NCBI RefSeq assembly: GCF_001194135.2 | Contig: NC_068998.1 | Coordinates: 26,497,860-26,561,859 of the forward strand | Direction: 5' to 3' | Source of the DNA: Octopus bimaculoides | Lineage: Eukaryota | Length of the DNA: 64,000 nt | In this document: one piece after another, positions 1 to 14,641 of the stretch | Layout: every line of letters starts with the position of its first letter | How positions within the stretch are numbered: the stretch's first letter is position 1 | The notes under the pieces: generated by a model | What the model was told of the DNA's origin: nothing | Seen by the model: the letters and a program-made list of their open reading frames with translations, nothing else | The model's database searches: none | Translations under genes and position numbers: made by a program

Positions 1-639
1 TATATATATATATATATATATATATGAAAGTAAGTGTACATGCTAGGCCACTGGTAGAAAAAAATTTCTGTAATTTTTCCCACCCTATATATATATATTT
101 ACACACGCACAAATACTTTTATGGATGTGTATTATGTGTGTGTGAATTGTAGGTGCGTGTGTGTCTATCTCTACTTATCTTTCACTTATTTTATTTTTCT
201 ATCTTAATCCTCTTCTCTTCTCTTATTCATGTTTGGAGTTGAATTAAACCTGAAATTTAACATAAACAGAGAGAGAAAGAGAAAGCGATAAGTAAATAGT
301 TATTTATTGATAGGTAGATGGGGAGGGAGATAGAGAGAGAGAGACAGAGAGACAGAGAAGCAGGGAGGGAGAAAGACAGAAAGAGAGAGAGAGAAGGAAA
401 GATGGAAAGGAAGCGAGTGGGATATACTGTGGAGGGGATAAAGCGAGAAAAAGCAAGCAGTGATATTTGAAGAGAGAAATGTAGAGATGCTAAGAGTCTA
501 GATTATTGACTGATGACATGCTAAAGCGAGTGTACGAGCTAAAGAATTGAGAGAGAGAGAGAGAGAGAGAGTGAGAGAGAGAGAGTGAGAGAGAGGTGGA
601 GTAAAGAGTAGAGTGAGGGGAAGAGGCGGAGGAGAGGGT

Positions 640-1385
640 GAGGAAGGGGAAGGCGGAAAATATAAGTGAGAGAGACAGAGAGTGAGCGAGCGAGAGCATT
701 TGCGAGCGAATTAGTAAGAAGGGGCGAGTGAGTAACTGAACGTTCGATAATGTCCCAGCAGTAGGAGGCAAAAGTGGTAGGAATAGCAGACTGACAAGCG
801 CCATTCAGTTGAGGCGAGTGGAGCTGCACGCAACATAGAAGGCGAGAGAACCAAAGCAATATATATATATAATATATAAAATATATACACACACACACAC
901 ATACATATATATATATACGTATATACGTACATACACGCACGTACAGGCACACAGATACATATACAAATCTTGTTACACTCTCGCGCGCACACACAGACGG
1001 AGCAAGGTATATAGACACAAACATATATATATATAAATATATATATACACACACACACACATATATATATATATACATATATATAAACACACCCATATAT
1101 ATATATGCGCACACACTTATACTGAGGTGTGTGTGGTGTAACTGAAGCAATATTTGGAGATTTTGTCTGAACTAAGTCAGCATTTATCATTTTACTCGTG
1201 AAGTAACGCTCACTTCCACTCTGTATCACCTTGATTGTTTTTTTTTCTTCCCCCACCACCTTGGAATTTTTTAGTTTTTTTTTTATTTTCGTTTTCAAAT
1301 CTTTTTTTTTTTTTAACTTGTGAACCCTGGCTTGCACGCTTTAACCATTCTTCGACAACAATCGGCTATTTACTTACTTTACGCC
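640..1385 (+). promoter_or_regulatory. Possible promoter / 5' UTR region of the signal-peptide gene
   Basis: GA-repeat tract then CpG-containing unique sequence (690-850) upstream of the exon at 1386. Positional inference only. Confidence 0.25.
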
Positions 1386-1461
1386 ATGGCAAAACTAGAA
1401 CTATTAACAATGAAGATATTCATCTTTGGAGTACTTATCTCCATGTTTGCAGCCGCAAAAG
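1386..1461 (+). CDS. Putative first coding exon encoding a signal peptide (MAKLELLTMKIFIFGVLISMFAAAK-G, phase-1 intron) of an unidentified secreted or membrane protein
   Basis: ATG in strong Kozak context (acgccATGG); basic N-terminus, hydrophobic core and small residues AAA at the likely cleavage site; followed directly by donor G|GTAAAA. Downstream exons not identified with certainty. Confidence 0.6.
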
Positions 1462-1519
1462 GTAAAACTTTTCTTTTCCACTTCAACACCTTCGTTTTAT
1501 ATACATATACATACATACA

Positions 1520-1604
<85 letters not shown>

Positions 1605-2151
1605 ATACACACATTTTTTTAATATTTCAAATCACCACCATCGTCATCATCGTCATCATCATCATCATCATCATCATTATTACATTCTATTTCTCAAATC
1701 ATTTGCTTTTGTGGGTCTTTTTTATTTATATATATATATTCTTTCATTTTTCATTTTATTTACCGAATTGATTGCGTCAAGGAAAGAAGGAATCTCTTAG
1801 GACTTATACACACTCTCTCTCTCTCTCTCTCTTTCACCTACTCACTCACTCTTTCCCTATCTTTCTCTTTCTCTCTCTTTCTTTTTCTCTCTCTCGCTTT
1901 CTCTTTCTTTCTCTCTGCCAGATTTTTATTAGAACATTCTATTATTTCCCTGTTCTTTTTTTTTTCTTTTTAAATTTCATTCTTTTCCGGCTCCCTTCAC
2001 ATTTTTACTCTTTCATTATAAACTATGCGAAGAAATACTAAAATATCAAATCGTTGTCTCCCGCAAACACGTTCATATATATATATATATATATATAATG
2101 TATATGTGCGTGTGTGCGTAAGGGGTGTACGTATGTATGCATATGAATGTG

Positions 2152-2268
<117 letters not shown>

Positions 2269-2921
2269 TTGTGATATACGTGTGTTATACGTTCATATAT
2301 ATAACGCTATATTTAAGTCCACTTGTTACATCTGTCGTTTGATGTTATTTTCAAGAATTTTTTAATTCGCTAAAAAGTGGTTCCTGTCATCACCATCATC
2401 GGTGTCATCAACTCCACCATCATCATCGTCATCACAATAACCATCGTCATCATCATCATCATCATCATCATCGTTCTCGTTGTTCCTTTTCATTTATTAC
2501 TCACATTGATTAACATCCTTCCCTCACTGCTCTCTGATCCAATTTACTTCTAATAAACTTATAATTATCTACTTGGGCCATCGCTAATCTCTGTCTCCAG
2601 GTAAAATTATTAATCGCGTGCACACACATACGCACACGTATCCACACACACACACACACACACTTATACATACACGCATACAACCAAATAATTTATACAC
2701 ACATGTACATTCATACGCACAGTTATACACATATACATACAACGCATACACACTTGTTCATGTATCACTTCTTCACAGTCATTTATAGCTCAGTCGAGTA
2801 TTTTGCGCGTAAATTGAAAACACAGAAAAATATTAAAGAAAAGCAGGTGCGAGTGCGTATAATAGCGCGCACAAATCTCTCGCTCTACGTACACGCACAC
2901 ACACACACACATATTTGCATA

Positions 2922-2954
<33 letters not shown>

Positions 2955-3213
2955 NNNNNNNNNNNNNNNNNNNNNNNNNNNNNNNNNNNNNNNNNNNNNN
3001 NNNNNNNNNNNNNNNNNNNNNNNNNNNNNNNNNNNNNNNNNNNNNNNNNNNNNNNNNNNNNNNNNNNNNNNNNNNNNNNNNNNNNNNNNNNNNNNNNNNN
3101 NNNNNNNNNNNNNNNNNNNNNNNNNNNNNNATGTGAGTATATATGTATATATATATATGTATATATATATACATATATAAGTATGTATGTTTATGTATGT
3201 ATATATATATATA

Positions 3214-3248
<35 letters not shown>

Positions 3249-3669
3249 CAGTTCAACATTTCATGCGTTGTTTCAGACCCTGCAAACTAGTAGTGGCATC
3301 AGGTACATCATTTATAACTGATGGGTCGGCTAGGTTTGCGAAATATTTAGATTTCACTTTTTACAATCATTTCTAACATTTTTTTTTTTTTTGTTCCCGT
3401 CCTTCAATTTTTTTCGTTCTTCTTCATGTTTTTCCTTTGTTTTTTTTTTTGACGAATTTAAAAACAAAATGTCAAATCCCTCAGCTTAATGTGTGTGTAT
3501 ATGTATGTACACAAGTGTTAGTAAAATATGCGTATGTGCGTATGGGCAAAGTGCCCGTATGTCTCTACATATATATGTATGTGTGTGTGTATGTGTGTGT
3601 TTGTTCGCGTGTGCGTGCGTATCTATATCTGTTTGTGTGCCGTATTGTCTTGTTGTTGTTGCTGTTTCG

Positions 3670-3855
3670 CTCCAGGTCAGACGTGACTCAAGAGACATAT
3701 CATCAGAATTGTTTCCAGTCACAACTACCTCGTCGTTATTTTTTCAGGACATTATATATCTAGGACAATATTATCCAGTGTGCTCTCCTCGTTTACGAAG
3801 GTGTTCTCTGAGGGAGATCATCTAGCTGTTGTTTCTAGCATATTGAGCGTCTACG
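3670..3855 (+). repeat. Interspersed repeat, family C, degenerate copy
   Basis: Motifs ggtcag...ccagtc...ttatccagtgt...gagggagat...gctgttgtttctagca recur in related form at 4040-4225, 15405-15580, 29035-29135(-) and 31555-31740(-). Confidence 0.55.
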
Positions 3856-4039
3856 TTAGATTATTCTTCTGCTAGGCGTGTATAACAGTGTACATATATG
3901 TGTGTGTGCACGTGCGTATGTATATCCGTAGTTGTGTTATGCGTGTGATTGTGTGTATGTATGTATGTATGTATGTATTGTGTGTGTGTGTGTTTGAACA
4001 GTAGTTTCACTCCCTTCCATGTTGCCACCACCTACTTGT

Positions 4040-4225
4040 TGTTTACCGTAGGTCCACCCTGATCACTCAGATCTATGGACAGACATTCCACCCGTGGCTA
4101 TTTCCATTTCAAAAAGAGTATCTATGACTGTAATACCCAATGTGTTAAACACACAAGTGTTTGTGCTTCGATAGTGATAATTTTCTTTGGCTGCTGTTTC
4201 TAGCAGATCAAGCGACCAGCTTGCA
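4040..4225 (+). repeat. Interspersed repeat, family C, degenerate copy
   Basis: gtaggtccaccctgatc...gacattccacccgtggcta...ggctgctgtttctagcagatcaagcgacc, homologous to 3670-3855. Confidence 0.5.
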
Positions 4226-4324
4226 GCTCCGTTACTGGGTTGATCTACACTGGATCGACATATCCATACATATACTTAGGTGTATTTCATAATTTTTGTC
4301 CTTTAGCCAACTGAAGAACCAATC

Positions 4325-4445
4325 AACCACTACCATCATCATCATCATCACCGTCGTCGTCGTTGTCGTCGGCAGCGGCGGCGGCGAGGCGGTAGCGGCG
4401 GCGGCGGCGGCGGTAGCGGCGGCGTCTTCATCATCGCCAACATCA
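4325..4445. repeat. Compound trinucleotide repeat (CAT/CGT/GGC)
   Basis: Directly visible; the source of poly-A/poly-T/poly-I ORF artefacts. Confidence 0.85.
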
Positions 4446-5126
4446 TCTTTACCACTTACCACCAACATCAGAAATAATAACCAAATCCCCCTTAAGTCAC
4501 AACGTATTGTCTTGGATTGTGTAGGGTTACTTGCATATAAGGAGATAAAAAAAAAAGAAAGCCAGATGGATTGGTCATAACTGAAAGCTGGAGAACCGTT
4601 GATCAAGAGGGGTGGGCACGGGGCTAAACAATAGCAGCAACTACATAGCTACCGTCCTCTTCCTCCTACTCATCATCATCATCATCATCGTCGTCATCAC
4701 AACCACCACAATTGTCATCACAAACTGCCGCCATCTCCACCACCACCACCAACAATAGCAACGACAACAAACTGCAGCTATATAGAATGAATGAAGATAA
4801 ACAGCTTCTTAACTGCCAACTAAAGTTTGTGCTTTCTGCTAGCTTGTTTAAGTGAAGAAATGCTGCGGTTTTCCTTAAGCTCGGCTCGTTTTGCCTGATT
4901 GACTGCAGCTATAAAAATGTTCAGGCTGGTGAATTTCAGCTTGGAAACCGTCACGCTTTCTTACTAGCTGTTTCTTATTTTCAGAATAATTTCTACATTC
5001 AGTATTATTCTTAGCATTATTTTTAATTTAATTTCATTGCTTCAGGTTTGTGAGGTGAGGTTTGGTAGCGGAGAGACGCATATCGTCGTTCAAATTGACT
5101 TCAAGATATACACACACACACACACA

Positions 5127-5197
<71 letters not shown>

Positions 5198-5531
5198 ACA
5201 CACACATACATATATATGTGCATATATTTATGTATATGTATGCATGTATATGTATATATATACTCAAACGTTTATGCATATATATGTACAGGTATGTAGG
5301 TATATAATGTATATTCATATATAAATATGCACACATTTATGTATATATGATTATGCGTGTGTATATACATGTGTGTGTGTGTGTGTGTGTGTGTTTGAGT
5401 ATATGTCTATTACACACACCCTAACAAATTTATTATTTTGAATTCCATTTTTATTAATTTCTTTTTTCGTTCGAGGAGACAAGGAATAGAAAGCGTTACG
5501 TAGCCGTTCTAACTTCACACACACACACATA

Positions 5532-5579
<48 letters not shown>

Positions 5580-6139
5580 ATCCTTCTGTCGATCTATTTA
5601 TCTGTCCATTTATCTGTATATTTGTCCACGTATCTATCTATCGCTCTTTCCGTCCCATAAATCAGGGTTCACTCTAGAGTGCTCGAAACTGAAATAAAAT
5701 TGATATCGATTGGCTAAAATATTTGATGCGGTACCCCAGCATGGCCGCAGTCCAATGCTAGAAGCCACCAACAGTGTGTGTGAGTGCGTGCGTGTGCGTG
5801 TGTGTGCGTGTGTGTGTGTGTGATGCCGTCTAATTGAAGATGAAATTGTCCATACACATCGCACGCCTATCTGATAGTAAAATGGAAAATTTTGTTGTTT
5901 TTGTCGGGTAGCAACAAGTAGACCGTATTCGAGTAGACTTATGATCAAGGACTCTCCACCCATAGCCATCATGCTATTATTTCTAACAGTATACCCTGGA
6001 CCACATCATATGGTATGGAAAGAGATTTCTCTGCTATTTTTAGCCGGTCGCCTAACTACAGGAGACAGGTTCTTTTATAGTCCCAAGTGGGAAAGTCTTA
6101 AGGTAAATGGAGGTGTTTAATTAAAATTTGAACCATTAA

Positions 6140-7157
6140 AAGCGGTGGACTGGCAGAATCGCTAGTGCTTCGAACAGAATCAGTTGTGTTTCCACTGTTT
6201 ACGTCTTGAGTTCAAATCCAGCCGAAGCCAACTTACTTTTCCTCACTCTGGAAATCGATCAAATAAAATATCAGTCAAGTATTAAGGTCAATTAATCGAC
6301 GAACACTCTTTCCTCAAAATTGTGACTAAATTAAAAACTATCAGTACAACAGCAACTGTTTAGTTAGTTAAATAGTTGAAGCGTCGAACAAAATGCTTTA
6401 TGGTATTTAGTTACGGGTTCCTTACATTCTGAGTTCAAATCCTGCCGCGACCAACCCTGGTTCCCATTTTTTTTTTAGGTCAATAAATACGAGAATTAAT
6501 GGTATCGTCTAAACCTCTGTCTAAATTTTCAGGCCGTTTGTCAAAGCTAGAAACAATTACTTTTAATGTTAGAACAGTGGTTTACCAGAATCTTCAAAGC
6601 GTGTCTTTACGTTCAGATCCGCCTGCGGCCAGCTTTGGTTTTCATTTTTCCTTAGGCAATAAAATAAATGACTGAGGTCAATGTAATCATCTTCTCCACT
6701 CTCTGAAAGCAGATAGCTTTGTGTCTACAGAAGAAATTATAATAATTATTGTTATGAAGGCAGTGCTTAGCAGCATTTGCTCCGGCTCTTCACGTTCTGA
6801 GTTCAAATGCCTCCAAGGTTTACTTTGCCTTTCATACTTTCGGAATTGATAAACTAAGAACCATTAAAGTAACGATGCAATTCTCTTGGCTCCTCCTATA
6901 AAATTTCAGGTTTACTTCTTTTTCCTATAGCAGAAAGGGTTATTAAGGCGGAGAGCCGTCAGAATCGTTTGCGCATAAGAAGCATTTCGTCCGTCTTTAC
7001 GTTCTGAGTTCAAATTCCGGCAAGGTCGACTTTACCTTTCATACTTTGGGGTGGTGGGTCAATGAAATAAGTATCAGATGAGCGCTGGGATTGATATAGT
7101 CGGCTAGTCCCTTCCCTTGAAAAATTTCAGGTCTTATGCCTAACTAGAAAGAATTAT
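6140..7157 (+). mobile_element. Head-to-tail cluster of five degenerate tRNA-derived SINEs (family A, Nin-domain-like core)
   Basis: Five successive units about 200 bp apart, each with the box-B-like motif (gt)tctgagttcaaat or a variant, then gtcgactttgcctttcat-like core and an aaatttcagg...tagaaa tail. Confidence 0.75.
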
Positions 7158-7959
7158 CATCATCTTTAGTAGTAGTGGTGGTAGATAAGTATACGATTAA
7201 GACTTTCAATTAGAGAATAAGCTTTAATTTAATACGAATCCAAGATTAAAAATAAAAATAAATGGTCACAAGGATTTCTATAAGACTCCGTCCAACTCAT
7301 TATTCTCACATCGGTCCAAACGTTTCTAATTAGCGACTGATTGACCCCACCCAAAATAATATTATCTCTAATTAGCGACTGAAGATGACACCCAACAACT
7401 CAACATCATCGTTTTGTAAAAAGTCTTATCTTTTCTTTCATTTTGGAAGACGCTCTATGTCATCGATTTTCATTCATCGCTATACAGAAACATATGCGCA
7501 CCCCATCTCACTCCCGTCCTCCTCTTTCTCCTTATTAAAAGACATTCATACTCTCTCACACTCACACATACATATTTGTATATGCATATCTGTATATATA
7601 TATAAGAGAGAATGAAGGAAAGACTATATAATAGTATAATCATGTTATTGTCTCCTGGACAGTTTCTATGATCGTGACACAGACTCTGCTCCCTAAAACA
7701 AGTCTTTCTTGATTTATTGCCTATTGATGGGTCCCACCCCTCTCAGCTTCCGAACTTAGAATCGCATCGAAATGATAGCACTGCATGTGTATGCACATAA
7801 TATATGCGCATGTTTCACAGTGTAGTTTATTATGCATTTCTATGTATGGTGTCGTGTGTGTGTGTGTGTGTGTGTGTGTAGCCAGAACATTTTCTCCCAA
7901 CTAGATTACTTGCCGAACTTTAATTTGATAATCGCTGTATACATACATATATGTATATA

Positions 7960-8031
<72 letters not shown>

Positions 8032-8639
8032 NNNNNNNNNNTATATATATATATATATATATATCTTTGTTTGTTTTCATGTCTAGTTATATAGAAATTT
8101 AATTTAATATTAGATTAGACGGAAGAATCATGCAATACGTTTTAGCAGAGTAGAAGATATCCATTAAACTTCTACAAGAAGACGACTGACAGTGACCTCT
8201 AAGTTTCAGCATGCTAGCCTTTTGTTTGTGTATGTGCGCGCATTTAATTCCACATATATATTTCTATATATATTGCTCAGTTTAGAGTGTATCTTCTGAC
8301 CTTAAAGTTACGCTCTACCTCCAATATATTTTCGTAACAACCATTCGTTGCCTCTTAATAATCACCCCCAAAAATTCTGAACTGAAGTTTAATTTCATTG
8401 CAGTCTACGTAAAGTGGTTGCAATAAGAGTTATTAAGTTATTATATTCACACTCAAAACTAACAATAAATTTATTGTTAGTAAAAGGAGGTCGAACGAGA
8501 GAATATTTTAACTATGTAATATAACTATATAAGCCTCTTCATAGAAGTGACCCATCACACAAGGTCTGCGTGCGTTAAGAGAATTAGGAGCTGTTACTTC
8601 TCGTCTGTCTCTTTGGTGATTGTAGGTCATCTTTATCGC

Positions 8640-8920
8640 TTAGTCAGGACAAAATACAAGGTCGATGACCTTCTACAGGACCACTGAGACTGGGAAATAT
8701 CCTCAAAATAAGTTGGAAACATCTTCAAACCTAAGAATTAGTCTGAATCCTTGCAGCATAGTGGACTCCGTTAACAACATCGAAGGACCATGTGTTGCCG
8801 TTAAAGCTAGCGACGAATTAAGTCTATTCAAGGAGGTCACTGCATTTGAACCCAGAATGCAATGAACCGGAACAAATTTCGCAAGACATTTCATCCGATA
8901 CTCTAACAGTTTCACAACAA
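8640..8920 (+). mobile_element. Highly degenerate RTE-clade (RTE-X-like) LINE 3' fragment
   Basis: Frame-hopping translation gives ILKISWKH...SDEL...FEPR...RKTF, resembling the RTE C-terminal region (LNISWKQH...KDEL...WEP...RPAKTY); multiple stops. Confidence 0.35.
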
Positions 8921-9403
8921 ATCCCAGTCCAACACTGGGAGACCCCTAAAGAATGAAAGTCCAATTAACCGCGGTGGGATTTGATCGCAGAATTCAAGGT
9001 GCCAGAACATAAGGAGACTAGTAATGAGGGCAAGGCATTTCGCCCGAAGCTCAAACGACTTTGCCCATTCGCCATGGCTAAACACATGAATATTTGGAAG
9101 CTCAGCTTCTTCATCAGGATGCCCTTACACCTTACGGCATTATGGGAGCCTAATGTTGAGGATTAAAAGACTCGATTACCAGTATTGTTTACTATAAATA
9201 ACTAAAGCAACAGCTTTATGAGTTCCTTCCCTGTTCTGTTCCAGGTTATTCATATAAAACTAAGTTATTGACAAATTTTAAAGCCATCCTAACAATTAAT
9301 AGTAATTATGATGCTTTTGACTGTCTAGTGGTGATATATGAACATATTCTACAATCCTTTGGAGGGGCAGAAAACGTAAAATGTTTAAGAACTTGGACTT
9401 GCA

Positions 9404-9622
9404 AATAATCCTTTCTACTATAGGCACAAGGCTGGAAATTTTGGGTGGGTGGGTTAGTCAATTACATCGACTCCAGTACTCCACTGGAACTTATTTCATA
9501 GGCTTCCAAAGGATGAAAGGCAAAGTCGGCCTCGGCGGATTTGAACTCAGAACGTAAAAGCAGACAAAATGCCGCTAAGCATATTGCCCTGCGTGCTAAC
9601 GATTCTGTCAGCTCACCGCCTT
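9404..9622 (-). mobile_element. tRNA-derived SINE, family A
   Basis: Core ggatgaaaggcaaagtcggcctcggcggatttgaactcagaacg and head gctaacgattctgtcagctcaccgcc. Confidence 0.85.
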
Positions 9623-10277
9623 TGGACTTACTAATAATAGCAGTCAGATTAACCAAGGTGAGATACATTGAGTAGAGTAGTCTTATGTTTTGTAATGTCT
9701 TGACGTTCTAACAAAATAAAAGCAGGTTAGTCGTGATTGGGACGCCTTTCAGCACATTTGTGCGCTATCAGTTTTGACGTAGAAGCTAAACAACTAGAAT
9801 AATTTGTTGCTATATATACGAACACATTATGTATACATTTTATCATTGCCGTCTAAATGATGCCCACCTTTCTCTCTCCCAGCCTATTCAGTCTAATGAT
9901 GTTCAGTCTCGCTCCCCACTTGTTCTGGTGATCCGTTAAGAACTAGTTGTTTTATGAATAGAGAACATAAAAGCAACAGGTTGTTTTTTGGCGCATTCTT
10001 CCTCCCCTGGAGTTTATTTTCCTCTGAAAAGAAGTTATTTCTTCTCGTATACCTAAGTTTGTTCAGTTTTCTTTCAATCAATACGATTTTTTTTCCTGTT
10101 TTTTTCTATTTAAATGCTTCTATTATTTACGTAATGATCATTATGCATACATTCGCGCGCGCGTGTGTTGGCATGTATGTATAAATGCATATATATTCAC
10201 GCCAGCACACACACATGTATGCATAGAATAATTTTCTTGATTGTGTATATTCTAAAGAAAAGGATCAGATACATCAG

Positions 10278-10329
<52 letters not shown>

Positions 10330-10680
10330 ACACACGCACACTCACTCATTCACACAAAAGGTTAATACTCATCTTTACTGTTGAAGCTCGCCCTCCCTTT
10401 CTTAAACGATTCGCGGGTAAACTAACTTCTAGGGAGCTTTTGTCACCTATTTTTCAGCGTTTGCTAAAATGACTATAATTTAATATCTCTCTCTCTCTCT
10501 CTCTCTCTCCCTCCTTGGCTCATTGTTATCTTTTGAAGANNNNNNNNNNNNNNNNNNNNNNNNNNNNNNNNNNNNNNNNNNNNNNNNNNNNNNNNNNNNN
10601 NNNNNNNNNNNNNNNNNNNNNNNNNNNNNNNNNNNNNNNNNNNNNNNNNNNNNNNNNNNNNNNNNNNNNNNNNNNNNNNN

Positions 10681-10740
<60 letters not shown>

Positions 10741-12166
10741 CTCCTACCTTATTTATACTTTAACTTTAATAGAAACAGTTCAGTATAATGCAGACCATTG
10801 TTTTACAACCACATCTCTCTCGGTAAACCTTCATCTCCGCATATACACACTCTCTCTCTCTTTCTCTCTCTCACTCCCTCTATCTCTCTCTCTCTCTCTT
10901 TCCTTCCCACATTCCTCCTCTCTTACCCCTCCTACTGTTATGCTCGCTCCTCCTATTCTGTGCCTCCCCCTCTTCCTCTCCTTAGTTTCTCCTCCACCCA
11001 TCGCCCTCGATTACCTTCTTGCTCGTTCCCTCACACCCATTCGTCCTCGCCTCACCCTTATCCTCTACCCCTCTTCTCTATTTCTGCCCACCTTTTTTCT
11101 TCCCTCTCTTCCTAATCACCTTCTTTCACTCAACTGTGTCCCACCCTCTCTTTCATTCATCTCTCCTCCATTATATCCACCCCAACCTCACCTCTGTCAA
11201 CTAGCTTTCCCACCTTCTCGGCGGCCCCTACAACTGACCCATTATATTCATGTCATAAAACTGCACCCAACATTGTACTTATTTTCCACTCAATTCATTT
11301 GCTCCCAGTCCATTGTTATTTCCCCACTTCAGTTAGAAATAAGCAACAATTATATCGTGCCCACAGTCAGCGCCAACTAACCAGGAATATATTTTCCTAT
11401 CATCTTCAGCTTGCATGTTTGTGTGGAGACCAGAACGATAGTTTGTTAGCGGAGACAAACTGAATTTGTTTCTAGTTAACCTTTTTAATTCTATTGTTAT
11501 ATTTCGGGATGGTCGATTCTTCCAACATTAAATACGTTAACACTGAACTATTGTTTAAAATACTCCTAACATTAAACATATTAACGCTCTACTACTGGTT
11601 TGAAATAGTTTTTTGTTGTTTTGTTACGAGCTTACTTGGAGATTTAGAATTGAACTCTCCCGTTTTGTACGTTATAGTTACCAATACAGCAGAACACAAC
11701 ACGCACGCACACACACACAATGAAATATATGGCGATAGATAGATAGATAGATAGATAGATAGACCATATGTATGTATGTAGTTTATTTGTGAACCTTTTT
11801 TGTTACTGCTACTCATAATGTCTCCCTTTCCACTGACGAACTCGTTAGAGTGTCGGACAAACAAAATGCCTTGTGATATTTAGTTCTGCCCTTCCACGTT
11901 CTAAATTCCAGTCCCGCCGAGGTGGAGTTTGCCATTCATACTACCATACGACGCGATATAATAATGAACCAGTCGAGACCTAGTATCGTTTTGTATTCCT
12001 TTCATACATCCTAAGATGTGTATGAAATCGTAATAGAATACCGAATATCACGTAATCAAATTTGAAAACTTAAGAAAAATAAACCATGTTCCTTAATTAC
12101 TACTTGTTACAGTTAATTCTTCTATCTCTGTTTTATTCACTTTCTCTTCTTCTTTCTATCTATCTC

Positions 12167-12216
<50 letters not shown>

Positions 12217-13725
12217 CTATACACACACACACATATGTATTCTTGTGCAGTGAATGTCCGTTATGGAGGACCACTTGTGAGCGACATTCAATGGACATTT
12301 CAAATTTCAGGTTACTTTTAGACTTTCCCAGTTGCAGAAACTGAACAGGTGTATTAATATTGCTCACATACACAGGACACACTCACACAAACACACACAA
12401 GCATACACACACAGAGCTACTTGAACATATTCACTGTATGATTTACATTTAACACACACACAAACGCCCAATAACTTACACACAGACACATCAAGTAATA
12501 TAAAGCTAGACGCCTCCAATGACTTACACACAGACACACGCCATAATATGTACAGAAAGCATCCTCTACATCCCAAAACTTGAACGTAATGTTCACACAC
12601 AATAGCTTACACGCACAAACATATGCATCCTTACATATTTACACACTCATACACTGAATCAGTAGTATCAACAATACGTTGTAAAGCAACAATGAGCAAC
12701 AGAGCGTAGGTGTTTAAACTTGGGAAAAACGAGTTCGCAACACAGGTTCGCTTCACAGCAATCGCTATTTCACATATTGTGCCAGTGGTGGTAAAGAAAT
12801 GCCAAATCCGAACACCTTCCACCTTCTATATTTTCTGCAATCAATATGTTATATCAACATGTTGACCAAAGTTTATCAAATCTAATTATCTCTATCACAA
12901 TGATCTTTGATTGGGAAAAATATATAAAAATCGATCATTATTCATTAGCGACAGAGGCGGAAACATTCTCCCTTACACCTAACTACCGCAGTATAGTTTG
13001 TTCTAACAGAACATCCACGTTTAAGTGGGAATAAATATCATTCATTGTTATAGTTTCTTAATGGTCTTGGTATGTATATTTTACTCCAATTTACGTAAAA
13101 GGTGGAAAACGGTGGGCATCCAGGAAACCAGCATTGTGAGACCATTTCTATTAAGTTTCGGAGCAGTTTCATATTGCACATCCACCTGTGCTTTGGCAAA
13201 ACCTTTAAAGCGTCGGAGAAAATCCCTTGTGGTATCACCGCCCTTTACTTTCTGAGTTCACATCAAGCTGCAGCAATCGACTTGGATTTCCGTCCTTCCG
13301 GGTTCCATAAAGCATAGCCATTCAAATCCTTGTGGTCTTTTCCATTCATGTAATGCACTCTAGATGTGATTCGAACTGTAACAGAACACATATAGGTCAT
13401 CATACCGATGCTAGCTTTGGGGAAGACTTGCACATAATCTTTAACACTTTTCTTACGACATAATTCGTAAGTGCTTCATCAAAAGGTCGTCCGTTTAAGA
13501 TATTTCAGCCATTCTTAATATTACACGACTTTATTTCTCTGTAGTCTTTCTTTCTCTTTGTCTCTAAAACCCTATTTTCTTTCTACCTTGTATAGTTTTC
13601 TCATCTCTTTCCTTTTCTTCCTCCCCCTCTCTCTGTCTCTTTCCCTGTCTCCCTCTGCATATATCTCTTTGTATATATACATATATATGTGTGCGTATAC
13701 GCACACATACATACCCCACTCACAC

Positions 13726-13800
<75 letters not shown>

Positions 13801-14475
13801 TAGCTTCCGTTAACTGATGATCCAGTGCCTTTTTCTATGCGTATATAATTACGTGACGACATTTAAATTTTCTCGTGAACATTATGACTAATTTTTATTT
13901 TAGCGAGCCTAGTAACACATAGAGGCGGAAACACTCTCCCTTACACCTAACTCTAATAGAAAAATGCAAATGATTAAAACTAAATCTAACGTTACGTACC
14001 AACCCACTAAGGAGTCCTCTTTCAGTGAAGAGCAGGTTAATAAATAACTTATCTTCTGTGTGGGGGAATATATTGTCCCAGCGGGAAAGACCAAAAAGTA
14101 AACATATACTGTTGAATGTTACGTTTCAAGAAAGGGTTTGGCGGGCTCCCAGCGGTTAGGAGGTTAGCACGTGCCATTAGATCTTGTTTTGAATAAATGC
14201 GTCTTCCTATTATTATCGTTGAAGCGGTGAAAGAATGTTTCCAATTTTATAGCATGTTTCTGGAGAATAAACAAAGGTATTACATGAAGGTTTAGTAACG
14301 AAAACAACATTTAATAACGCGGCAGCAACCTTCTAGAAATATACTCAGAGCTACTATTACATGACCTCTTTTAATCTGGCACGGGTCTGGAACTAAGGAA
14401 GCAGGAAAATTGGCTGTGTACTTGTATATACACGTGTGTGTGTGTATGCACATAGATATATATATATATATATAT

Positions 14476-14530
<55 letters not shown>

Positions 14531-14641
14531 TATTGTGTATGTGTGTGTGTGTATGTGTGAAGAGTCTTTGTTCTAGTTTTATCTATATTCCTGCTACATG
14601 ATGATGACACCGAAGTCTATAAACCAATCAATGCCACTTAC

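Noticed and set aside
490-1337. Long ORFs of 104-208 aa near the window start
   Set aside because: Translations are SL/YI/CV dipeptide runs from GA, TA and CA microsatellites; the same applies to most ORFs in the track and to all X-containing ORFs over N-gaps.
3676-3825. Apparent second exon after a strong acceptor (ctccag|GTCAGA)
   Set aside because: Stops after two codons in the phase required by the signal-peptide exon, and the sequence belongs to repeat family C.
4232-4606. Poly-Ala/poly-Ser ORFs resembling a transcription-factor low-complexity region
   Set aside because: Explained by a compound trinucleotide repeat; no domain and no convincing splice sites.
10523-11380. 285-aa Pro/Leu/Ser-rich ORF
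   Set aside because: Starts in a gap and runs through CT-rich low-complexity DNA.
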